The position numbers and the translations under genes are program-made. A stretch of 64,000 nucleotides of DNA from Geosiphon pyriformis uo1 (Eukaryota > Fungi > Glomeromycota). Under the pieces are notes generated by a model. The model saw only the letters and a program-made list of their open reading frames with translations, had not been told where the DNA came from and searched no databases. Below are positions 26,518 to 38,600 of the stretch, one piece after another. Positions within the stretch are counted from its first letter, which is position 1, and every line of letters begins with the position of its first letter. The stretch lies in assembly GCA_016748015.1 (NCBI GenBank), contig JAAOMT010000280.1, positions 81,046 to 145,045 on the forward strand. The letters are read 5' to 3'.

Positions 26518-27174
26518 ATGAACAATTATTTTCTAGATTAAAACATTCAAAATGTTTTCTATACTCTTCATGAGTATTGGATTAAAAACTATCCAAATGC
26601 TACTCTGACTATTGGAAAACAAACTACAATAACTAACAACAGTGGAACACATACTGTTATCAGACCAAAGAAAACAATTACCAGAAGAGAAAGAATTGGT
26701 AGCAAAATGGATAAGTATTTGCTGGAAAGTATAACAGCAGCAATACTTGCACTTTCCATCACAATTGGAAAAACAATTAAAGAAATCTTGCCCATAGACA
26801 AAAACTTGTTATATAGAAGACAACTAGAACTCTATGGTCGCCTTGGTGAAATCATAGAAGACATGAAGCTCATGAAAAAAACAACTTCTAAGATACAAGT
26901 GGAAATTTTGGGCATTGTATGATTAGATGTTCCAAGAGTTTTGACCATTGTAAAAAAAGCCAAAACTCTTATACAAAGATTTGGTCTCTTAAACACAAAG
27001 CTCATTTTGCCTCAAGTTTTATATATCTTATCCACAAAAGACTTCAACAAACTAGTTAGTTTTGAGTTAGATAAAACTCTTCAAATAGAGTATCCTCTAA
27101 ATAGTTTGATTTCGCTGGAGCTCAATCTCTTTGAAGAGGATGATGTTATGGTTAAAACTCATAGTTTTTATTAG
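26518..27174 (+). pseudogene. Extra ORF (ORF3) downstream of integrase in Gypsy A
   Basis: Single frame MNNYFLD*NIQNVFYTLHEYWIKNYP...LELYGRLGEII...AKTLIQRFGLL..., broken only by point-mutation stops. Conserved in Gypsy B. Confidence 0.75.
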
Positions 27175-27881
27175 TTATCACATGTATTAGCCACTAATGT
27201 CATATAAATTAGCCACTCTATTTATAGATAGTAATTATTAATCTGATTAATGACTTGACTGTTGACTTGATCATTGATCTGATTAATGACCTGATCAATG
27301 ACTTGATTGTTGACCTGATCATTGACCTAATTATTGATCTGATTATTGACCACTTTTGATAGCTATATAAGTGATGAATCTCTTAGCTGTAAAAAAGCAT
27401 GTAATAACAAGCATCTGAATAATCAAGAATAAATAAAATAACAACTTTTATCTCAATCTTTCTCTTATTGCTAATTTCCCTTTCCCAACCTTTAAGTATT
27501 TAAACATCTTAAAGATAAAAGATTACTTGTTGGCCTTTTCCTGACGTATATAATTGTAGCATTTGAAGATTATTTGAATAAATATGACTGAAAAACACAA
27601 GTTGATATCTGATATTGAATTCTAAAAGCGCCGACATGAGGCATAGAATTATATCAGTGGTGATCAATTGTTAACAGTATGGATTATTCCTTTATTTTCA
27701 GATTTTTCAGTTACCTTTGAAAAGAATAGCAACTGAGATATTTTATGAGACTGATCTCGCACATTGAATCCATACTCATTCAATTTGCTTTTTAAAGTTG
27801 AATTTCCCTTTGATTATTTCCATTACCCTACAATTCTGTTCTCTCTTGCTATCCGTTAGCTTGTTACTCCAACCCGTAATA
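27144..27881 (+). repeat. 3' LTR of Gypsy A
   Basis: Starts TGTTATGG; terminal CA mutated to TA; carries an expanded 12-bp TGACCTGATCA(A/T) array. Confidence 0.95.
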
Positions 27882-28509
27882 TTACTTTTAAAATTAAATT
27901 AGTTTATATTAAAACTATATTTTAATTTATACATAATTTATTAAAATAAAATTAGTTATAAAAATATTATTAAGCAAATTTGTATTTTAAATTTTTGCAA
28001 ATACTATTATTATTGTTAAACTTAATTTTTTTTTTACTTTTAAAGTTTTAAATATTATTTAATTTTTATTTTGGTTCTGTTTTTATGGCTTTTTATAATG
28101 AATTTTTTAATTATACTTTTGAAGTTTTTGGTAAAATATTCAGTATTAAGTTAAAATTTATTAATTGTTTTTATTTATTGGTAAAAAAAACAATATTAAA
28201 ATTTTCTAATTAGCTTAAAACATATTTAAAACCAAGTTTAATTAACTTTTTTTTAATTGTATTTTTTTAAAATTAATAATTTGGTTTTTTAAATAAGTAA
28301 TTAAATTTGTTTTATTTTTTGTTTTATTATTATTAAATATTTGCAAATATTATTTTTAACTTTAAAAGTTTTTAATTATATTAATATAATATGTGTAAAA
28401 TTTATTTGATTTAATAAAATTTTATTTTTAATAAATTTAATTATATTTTTTTGTAATTAAGATAAATTTTATTATAAATATTAAAAAAAATTTTGTTTTC
28501 TTAATTTTA

Positions 28510-30750
28510 TGATCATAACTAGAACAAAAAATAAAAAAAACTATAATTGGTATTTTTTTTAATATTTTACAAAGTTTCAACCAGAGAAGTTTTTTTCGTT
28601 GTAAAAACAGTTAAACAAAATATTTTAGAAGCTTTTATATTATTTAGTAATTGTGAAAAACTGTTTTTAGTAATTATTAAAGCATTTTTCTTATTTTTGA
28701 CAGGTTTTTTATCAGTCAAATTTCTCTTAAAAAAACACACTTGAATTAGTTTTAGTGTTATCTTTATTTTTTTAAAGAGTCTAAAAATTTTTAATAACAA
28801 ATTAATCAATGAGTTGGTTTTTTTTTTTGCAGTTTCTATATTTGGTGCTGCTAATACTTTCTTTTCAAAAAAATGATTAAAAAAACTGAAAGTTCAAAAA
28901 ATAGAAGTAATCACTTGTTTTTACTATTGTTGCACCAAACTCTTCTGTAATTCCTAATAAAATCCTAGATAAAATTTTTATTTTATTATCTGATATATCA
29001 TTTAAGATAGACCAAAATCAACTATTGGTCATATTATTAAATGTGGTATTTTTTAACAAATTATTGCTAATTTTAAAAACAAAACAACAGTCTTTTGTTG
29101 GATTATCTGTTTATAAAAACTGGGCTAATTAGATAAAAACTAACTCAATTTTTTTTTTGGTTTCTGGTATTATCATTGATAATGCCTAAAAAACTATCAC
29201 TAATTATTAAAGATTTGTTAAATAAGTAATCTTTATTCTGGTGTCTGATGCTATTTTTAAGATTAAATTGGCTTATATTAAGACTGTTTTCTAGTCTGCA
29301 TATGGTTTTTTAAATACAAAATTGGTATCAAAAGACAATATGAAACTTTTCTGTATAGAGTTTGCTTTTTAAGAGTTTTTGAAAGCTGCTTTTTTGGTTG
29401 AGCTTACAAGCTTTATTTATTTAGCCATTCTTAAAATTGCCAAGTTTTTGGTAATTTCTAAGTCTGATTCCTTTTTGGCTACTGTTATATTGTATAATAT
29501 ATCTTTTGGTGTGTTTACTGTTAATATTAAAACAGTTTTTAATATTTTTGGTGAAGTTGTTTATGTTATACTAAAGCCTACTGGTGTTTGATAATATATT
29601 ATTGTTTACTTTAATAAACTAAATTTTACTGTGTTTGTTTTAAATTACTAATTAGTTTTGGTAGATAAAAATAGTATTAAAATTTTTTTTTTGGTAAATC
29701 AAAATAAGACTATTATATTTCATAATAGATTTAAGACCAAGTTAGTCAACTTTTTCTCTGGTTGTATTGCTTTTAAAATTAGTAATATAATCTTTTAAAT
29801 TAATAATTAGACTTGTTTTATTTTCTACTCTCCCAATTTTGATTGCTATTTTTAGTTTGTTTTGGTTATATTTGATTCTTAAATAGATTTGAATACTGCT
29901 ATAATCAAAATTAGTATACTAAAAAAGTGCTGTATCTGATAAAAAACTTTTGCTGTTGGTGCTGTTTTAAGTATTAAGAAGTAAGTTATTTGACTGTAAA
30001 TTATAAAGTGTTTTTACTTTTTACTTTTAAAACTTCTAAGATATTTACATTTTATTTTGTAAGCTCTAAGTTTTATATTAAAGCTTTTATTTTTTTGAGC
30101 TCTTTTAAGTTTTTATCTCTAATAATTTCTGTCTTTTTTTTTGTTGTTGTTAATAACTTTTTGGTATTGTTTCAGTTGTTTTCTTTGGAATTTGATTTAA
30201 TTAAACTTTCTGTATTAGTTGAATTAATTGTTAAGTTTGTTGGCTCTTTAGTTACTATGTTTAAACAATTTATTAAAGGTAATTTAGTTTCAAGCTGTGT
30301 TCTTAGATTTAAAATTAATGAACTTATAATTTATCTGGATTTTTTTAGCAAGATTGTTGATAATCTGTGGAAAAAAATAGTTTTATTAAAAAAGTAATGT
30401 TGTATAAATAATGTTGACATGTTTAGTGATTTAGATTTTTTAGTTGATATTAATGATAATATATTTTTTAATTTAATGTCTTTTTGGATACATGAATCTA
30501 ATAGTATTAAAACTGATCTCATAAAAACAGCTGAATAACTGGTTAAATTAGTCTCTTATAGTATTAGATTATTTAATATAGTTCAAAGAATATTGGCTTT
30601 AGATAAATTTACTTTTATTATAGTAATATATCATATTTTAAACTGGCTTGAGTAATTAGTTATATATAGAAAACACATAAATTATATTTAGTCTTAGAGC
30701 TCTTAGTTTGTTCCTAATTTTTAGATAATAATTAAGCCATACTTGTTAAA
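28510..30750 (+). mobile_element. Decayed LINE-ORF1-like (RRM plus zinc-knuckle type) element, copy 3, with no ORF2 seen
   Basis: Track ORFs 28547, 29379 and 29990 are pieces of one protein (AAFLVELTS..ILKIAK, FGEVVYVILKP, FKTKLVN, degenerate knuckle near 29960). Followed by (AAAT)n at ~30760. Confidence 0.6.
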
Positions 30751-33700
30751 TCTTAATAAAAAATAAATAAATAAATAAATAAATATTAAAAATTTAAATT
30801 TAATTTATTTTTAAGATTATAATATTTTTATGTAATTAATATAATTAGTATAAAAATTATATAATAAAAACTTATTTTTATATAATTTTAATTTTTATAA
30901 TATTAATATACAAAATATTATAAAATAAAATATTATTTTAATTAAAAGAATAAAATATAATAAAAATTTAAATTTTATTATTTATTTATTATAAATAAAT
31001 ATAATTTTACATAAATTGGCTATATAATAAATTTTGAATTACTTTTATGCAAAATTTTAAAAGTTTTAAATAATAATTTGTATTATTTTAAATATGCTTA
31101 TGGAATTTTAAATTTTTGTTATCAAATAAATAAATAAAAAACTTATTTTTCTCTTATATTTAAATTCTCCAAAGAGTAAATTTTTAAAATAAAAATTTTT
31201 TTGTTTTCTCTGTTTTATATTTTACAATTTTCTAAGAAACAAACTCTTTTGTTGTTAAGTTAACTACCACTATATATAATTTTATAATTAAGAAAAAATC
31301 AGCCAAAATTTTGATATTAAATTTAATTAATAAAAATTTAGCTTAAAAGCAAAAAGCTTTTTTTGACAAAGTAAAATATTTAAAAAATAAAGCTAATTTA
31401 AGCTTTAGTGGATCTGAATATGTTGTTAATCAGTTTGCTAAAATGAATATTTTTAAGACCAAACAAGTTAATACTAGTACTATTATTGATTTTCTAATTG
31501 GTTTTTTTAACCATAATATAGATAATAATAAGATTTTTTTCTTTTTCTATCTCTTTATTTTTTTGGACTGAAAATAGATTAATTCAAAAATTACCAAGAC
31601 TTAATTGAAGATATTTATTAAAAAATCAGTTTAAAATGCTTTTGTTTATTTTTTTAGTAAAAACAACTGCTTATAATCTTGGTGTTTTGTTAAAAAAAGC
31701 TGGTAGAAAAACTTGTGTTATTAATTATTTATTTGAAACTAGTATTATAAATAAACTTGATAAGATATAATAATAATGTTTAGTACTCTATATTTAAATA
31801 AGAAAGCTTAAAAAGCTTTTTTGTTTATTATAAGAAGTGAGTTAGAGTTATTAGTTTTTAAAAGTTTTAATAAATATAAATTTACTTATAGAGTTTTTTG
31901 GTTATAAAACACAGAAATGTAGTTTGTTTGTCTGTAATTTGGTATATATAATCTATTTTTTTAAGTTAGTTAAACACAATTATTAGAGTTTAATATTGTC
32001 TTTTTATCTTTTTAATAAGTTAACAAGATAGAATAAATATTTAAATCTAAAGAAAGCTTTTTTTTTATCAAGTTATTATGAAATCTATTTTCAAACAGAT
32101 AATTTTTTTAATATTGCTATTTTATCAAAAAAAAAAAAAATTTAAGAAAAAAAAAAAAAAAAAAAAAAAAATTAAAAATAAGAGAAAAATTAAAAATTAG
32201 TATTGTTAATTACTATAATCAAGAGCAATTAGTCCAAGTTATTAGAGTTCTAAAACTGTTTTATGCTAAGAGCATCTGGCTTGAAAAGAAAATAAGAGAA
32301 ATAATAAAATTAATTTTAACAACACAAATTCTAAAATCATATATAAATGAATTAAATAATATTTTATTTAATAATAAGTATAAAAATATAAAAAAAATAA
32401 GATAAAAAGTTTTGTTAAGTTAAAGATAAAAGGTGTTTTAAGAGAATGAATTTTTGTTTTTTGTATTTTTTTTATTTGTTAAAACTACTTGTTTTTATAT
32501 ATTTTTTTTAGTTTTACAAAATTGTTTTTAATTATTTGTTATTATTAGCTATTGTTTGCTATTTTCTGTTATTGCTTTGTTTTTTATACTATAATTAATT
32601 ATCTTATTTTATGACTAGTTATTCTGTACTATTTTATATTATTGTGTATTATCTTGCATTATTTTAAGTTATTATGTATTATTATGTATTATTTTGTATT
32701 ATTACATTTTTTCTATATTATTATGTTTTAATCACATTTTTTAATAGCTTTTGAATTGGTTTTTCTACTCAAATAATACTAGTAATAGAGTTTGTTGTGT
32801 TGTGGTTAGTTTTGATTTGAAAAAAAATTCGAATTCAGTCTTTTATACAAAATCAAATTTTAATAGTATAAGATTTTTTTAGGCTAAATTGGGCTTAATT
32901 TATTATAAAAAATGTAAGTGTTTTGAACACTTTACTCTAAAGTATAATGTATTGAATGCATTCATTCCTTAGTTTTTGAAAATATATAAAAAGTTTACTT
33001 CAGAAAATAATTATCTTTAATTGGCCAAATTGTATATTAAAAAAGTATTTTTTTTTTATTTTGCTGCTTTTGGTAGCAAATTACAAACTTAAGTGGTTTT
33101 GTTAATGTTTATTTTTAATAATGCTTGCTTAAATTCTGGTTTTGGGTTGTCTCTTTTAAGTGCTTCATGTTTTAGTAAAATTCTTTCTGTTTTATAAGAT
33201 ATCTTATCTATTAATACTTATTTAGTCTTTTTGATGTATTTTTTAAAACTTTTAACTAATCAAATATCTAATATAGTATAAAAACTAAATAATATGAATT
33301 TGGTGTCTTTAATATCTACTTCTTAATTTCTTTCTTCAACTATTTTAATGTTGTTAGGTGCAAATTTAAATTCAGATATGGCTTTAAATAACTTGTAGAT
33401 TTTAATTTATTTTTTTCTATTAACAATACTTGGATATTAAAATTAGATTTAAGTAGCTTTAAAATTTTAATCACCAAAATAAACAGCTTGAAATTAAAAA
33501 TAATTATTTTTGAAGTTTTTATTGGTTTAGTTTTGGCAAAATTAAATTAATAGAACTTTGGCTCAAGTTTTCTAATATATTTACTGTTTTAATAACTGAA
33601 TATATTTAGAAGTTTACAATATGTAATATCAAAAAAATAAAAAATTTGGCTAAACAGAATGATATTATTAAGTATTAAAAAATTTTGGAAATTTGGTTTT

Positions 33701-34235
33701 AATATTTATTAAGACAAAACTAAAGAAACAGACTAGGTCTTAAATTAAAAACAAGTTTTTAGATTTAAAAATTTTTGTTTCTGGTTTGAACACTAGTTAT
33801 TAAAATTTGAGAGTAATAATAATAATAAATAATTTTTTGCTTAACATATATATAAAGTCTTTAAAATATTTGGTTGTTTTTTTTGATTTAATTATTGTTT
33901 AACAATAGAGTTTTAGTAATAATTTTAGGTTTATATATTAGTGCTTTAATTAGTGTATATTTTAATCAAATTGGCAAAGTGAATTTATATATTGCTAATA
34001 TGATTAATTCAAGTTTTTATGTAGTATTAAATGGTAATTTCAATAAAAATAGAAAAAAATAAAACACTAGTTTTAAGAAGTATTTTGATCTAGGTTTATA
34101 TAATTCTCTTTTAAATAATTCTGTTTTTAAGCTTCCAACTTGGAACAATTTGAAAGATGTAAAAAAAACCATTAATTACATCTTTGTTAATAAGCATTTT
34201 TTAACAATTATAGTAGATTGAAATGTTAATAGTAT

Positions 34236-34938
34236 TGTTACAGATTGGAATAACAAGCTAATGAATAGCAAGAGAGAACAAGATTGTAAAGTGATGAAAA
34301 GAATCAAAGGAAATTCAACTTTAAAGAGCAAATTGAATGAGTATGGATTCAATATGTGAGATCAGTCTTATAAAATATCTCAGTTACTGTACTTTTCTAA
34401 AGATAACCAAAAATCTGAAGATAGAGAAATAGTTTATACTGTCAACAAATGATCACATCTAGTATAATTCTATGCCTCACATCAGTGCTCTTAGAATTTA
34501 ATAGCAAGTATTAAATGTACTCTTTAGTTACATTTTATTCAATAATCTTTAAATGCTGCAATTACACATTTTAGGAAAAGAATAAGAAATAATCAACAAA
34601 TAGTCTTTTATCCCAAGATGTTCGAATACTTGAAGGTAGGAAAAGAGAATTTAGCAATAAGAAAATAATTGAGATGAAAGTTATTATTTTATTTATTTTA
34701 TTTCCTTGATTTCTAATATGCTTTTTTACAGCTAAGAAATTCATCACTTATATAGCTATTAAAAGTGGTCAATGATCAAGTCAATGACTAGGTCAATAAT
34801 CAGGTCAATGATTAGGTCATTAATCAAGTCAATGATTAAGTCAATGATTACTTTCTAAAAATAGAGTGGCTAATTTATATGACATCAGTGGCTAATACCT
34901 ATGATAATTAATAAGAAGTATAAGTTTCAATCATAACA
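34236..34938 (-). repeat. 3' LTR of Gypsy B
   Basis: Direct repeat of 41260-41962; inverted homologue of the Gypsy A LTRs. Confidence 0.95.
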
Positions 34939-34939
34939 T

Positions 34940-35565
34940 CATCCTCTCCAAAGAGATTAAGCTCTGGTGAAATCAAGCTATTTATAATGTAATCTATTTA
35001 AAAGTTTTTATCTAACTCAAAGCTAACTAGTTTGTTAGTCTTTTGTAGATAAGGTATATAATACTTGAGACAAAATGAGTTTTGTATTCAAGAGACCAAA
35101 TCTTTGTATTAAAGTTTTGGCTCTTTTAGCAATAGTTAAAACTCTTAGGACATCTAACCATATAATGCCCAAAATTTCTGTCTGTATCTCTGAAGTTGTT
35201 TTTTTTATGAGTTTCATATCCTCTATAATTTCACTAAGACGACCATAGAGTTCTAATTGCCTTTCATATGACAAGTTTTTGTCTATGAGTAAGATTTCTT
35301 AAAGTGTTTTTCCAATTGTGTTGGAAGGTGGAAGAATAGCTGTTGTTATACTTTCCAACAAATATTTATCTATTTTACTACCAATTTTTTCTCTTCTGAT
35401 AGTAGTTTTCTTTGGTCTAATAACAGTATGTGTTCTACTGTTATCAGTTATGGTGGTTTGTTTTTCAATAGTCAGAGTAGCATTTGGATAGTTTTTGATC
35501 TAATACTTATGGAGAATATAAAAAGTGTTTTGAATGTTTTAATCTAGAAAATAATTGTTTATGTT
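34940..35565 (-). pseudogene. ORF3 of Gypsy B
   Basis: Track ORF 35035-35274 (RQLELYGRLSEIIEDMKL...AKRAKTLIQRFGLL) matches ORF3 of A. Confidence 0.75.
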
Positions 35566-35629
35566 AATTGAAAATATCTCTGTTTTGAGAATAGTGCATT
35601 TATTTATACTTGATTTTTGCTGATCAATT

Positions 35630-38600
35630 GAGTCGATATTACCACAACAGACAGCCAATTAGGTCGTTTATAATATTTCTTAAGTTGTATACCATGAACA
35701 GGACTATCATTAAAAATTGTTCTGGATTGATCTTGAAGAATATAAGAACCATTGTTCAAAACTTTGTTGACTATAAAAGGTCTTTTCTACTGGCTAGAGA
35801 ATTTATCACCATAGACATTGTCTCTGTCTGAACAGTATTCTAGTACCAAGTTACCAATACTTAAAAAAAGTGTTTTATAGGTTTTCTTTCTTTTAAGCTT
35901 TTCTTGGAACTGTTTTATCTTTTCAAAAGCAATTATTTATGTTTCTACTAAGAAGTCAAGAATAGTACTCAGTTTTTTTTGTAAAATGTCTTTGTAATTT
36001 TCTATTGTGATTTCTTCAAAGGGTATTGTTTTAATGTCAGTTTCTATTGGTAGTGTTGCCATGTGTTCATAGAGCAGATAAAAAAGTTCATAACTTGTTA
36101 TGTCATGATTCACAGTTCTATAAGCAAACAAAGCTGAAGGCAGTACTTTGTCCCATAAGTTTGTTTCTTTACTTGTTTTGGCTAGGGTTTCACATAATGT
36201 TCTATTAAAACATTCTACTAGATCATTTGTTTGGGGGTGGTAAGAAGAGGAAAGTTTGTGACATATTCCCATTTTCCTGCAAAGTTCTTCAACCAGTATA
36301 TTAAGAAAAGCTCTTTCTCTATCAGATAAAAGTTTTTTGGGGCAGCCATAATGGCAAATAATATCTTCATAAATGAAATTGGCTATTAAGACTGCTGTTT
36401 AGTCTAAGGTGGCTCTTGCTTCTACCACTTTGTAAAATAGTCAGTAGCTGTGATAATATATCTGTTGCCATCAGGAGTAATTGTTAAAGGTCTAACAACA
36501 TCTATACCAATTCTGTCAAATGATTGACCAATAGAGATTGGATGAATATCTTCTTTGTGATTGGGTTTGTCTTTTCTTTGACAGATGTCACAGGTTTTGA
36601 TGTATTCAGCAATGTTCTTTTCCAAGATAGACCAATAATAGTGAACTAAAATTTTTTGAATTGTCTTTGTTTTTCCAAAGTGTCTAGCTAATGGGTCAAT
36701 GTACATGTTGTATATTACAATTTCTTTTTTTTTAAATCTGATGACTCTTTGGGGGCAGTCAGGATTTTTTCTGTTTCTTTTATATAATTGGTTCTGGTGG
36801 ATCAAATAGAAATTTAATTGTTTGCACAAATGTTTTCTTTGCTGTCGAGTGTATTCTGGTGAGTATTGTCTTTTACCCAAAAATTCCATTAAGACAAAAT
36901 AGTTGTCCAAGTCTATTATTGTGTTTGTTTGTAAAGAAGTTACTAATAATTAAGTTGGTTTGGTTTGAAAGGTTGTACTATTATTGGATAATAAGTCTAG
37001 AAAAAGCATTGGCATTTTGATGATTTGCTTCTTTGTAGTATTGAATATCATAGTCAAATTTATCCAAGTAGAGTATCCAGCAAGTTATTTGTTTGTGTTT
37101 CAGCTTCTTTTTATTGTGCAGCCAAACCAAGACTTGATGATCTGTTACCACTAAAAATTTTACACCAAAAAAATCTTGATCCCAGTAGTTAGTAGCCCAA
37201 ACTACTGTTAAACATTCTTGTTCAATAACTGAATAGTTCTTTTTTGCTGGTGTAAGAGATCTACTGGCATATGCTATAGCATGTTCTCTGCCATTTTCAT
37301 CTTTCTGTGAAAAAACAGCATCAAGTCCATAGCCAGATGCATTAGTGTGGAGGATGAAAGATTGGTCCAGATCAAGTTGCTTAAGAATTGGTTCAGTAAC
37401 AAGTTTTTTCTTTAGAATTTTAAAAGCTTTTTGTTGATAAATGTCCCAGTAATAATTGACATTTTTTTTGAATAGCTGATTGAGAGAAAAGGCAATTTTG
37501 AAGAAATTTTTGATAAATTTGCAATAGTAAGAGGCCAAATCAAGGAAAGAGCATAGTTCAGGAACATTTATTGGTTGTCTAATGTTCTGAACTTTTTCAA
37601 CTTTAGCTGAGTCAGGAAAGATTCCATCTTTTGAATTAAGATGACCAAAGAACTGGGTGGATTGGCATCCAAAGAAAGATTTGATTGGGTTGATCTTAAG
37701 GCCAGCATTTTTGAGCAGATCAAAAACTTTCTGTAAATGTTTAAGGTATTCATCTCAGGTTTTTGAATATACCATTATATTGTCCAAATAAACCAGAACA
37801 AAGTTTTCTTTTACTAATTCAAACACTTTATTCATTAGGCATTGAAAGATGGGAGAAGCATTGGTGAGACCAAAAGACATAACTGTGAATTCATAAGTGC
37901 CATACTTGGTGATAAAGACAGTTTTCTTTTTGCTTTCTGAATCCATCTCTACTTGCCAGAATCTAGCAGTTAAGTCAATGGTTAAGAAGAAAGCAGCACC
38001 ATTGAATTTATCTAGCATTGTATCAATTTTGGGGAGTGAGTACATGTCTCTTATAGTGATGGCATTTAGTTGGCAATAGTCAACACAGAAGCATAAAGTT
38101 CTATCTTTCTTGGATATTACTACAACTGGAAAAGTCTATTCATTCTTGGTTTTTTGTATGAATTTAAGATCTTTCATCCAGTTTATTTCTTTCTTGATAA
38201 ACTCATCATTGCATTGATTGGATTGATAAGGCTTCAAATAGATGGAACAAGTTTCTTTTGTGGTGATGGTATGTTGTATTACATGAATTTGTCTAGAGGT
38301 GTCATCTTCTTTTGAAATAACTGGGCTATTTCTAGCCAACAAATTTTCAATGTCTATTTTTCTTTTTTCAAAAGAAGGTTCTCTTTGTTTTATAACTAGT
38401 AATTAGATTTTAGATGGTTTATTTTCAAAAGACTTTTGTACTTCTTTAAGTTTTTTTCGAGATATCAAGCTAATTGGTTTCCAATCTTTGTAATAGATCA
38501 GGCAGGATTTGCATTCATTACTTGGTAAATACAAAGATTTATTACACTAGCACTGTACACAAAAACCATGCCACTAATAACTGTATTTGGCTTTCTTGCC

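Larger units (their letters stand above)
19213..27881 (+). mobile_element. Ty3/Gypsy LTR retrotransposon A, full length, inactivated
   Basis: LTRs 19213-19877 and 27144-27881, 4-bp TSD TTAC, PBS TGGTGCT at ~19884, purine tract before the 3' LTR. Domain order is gag-PR-RT-RNaseH-IN. Confidence 0.95.
18540..28420 (+). mobile_element. Decayed LINE-ORF1-like element, copy 2, split by Gypsy A
   Basis: Removing Gypsy A and one TTAC rejoins TTT AAT ATT ACT TTT AAA ATT AAA TTA, matching GAT GCT ATT TTT AAG ATT AAA TTG of copy 3. Confidence 0.6.
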
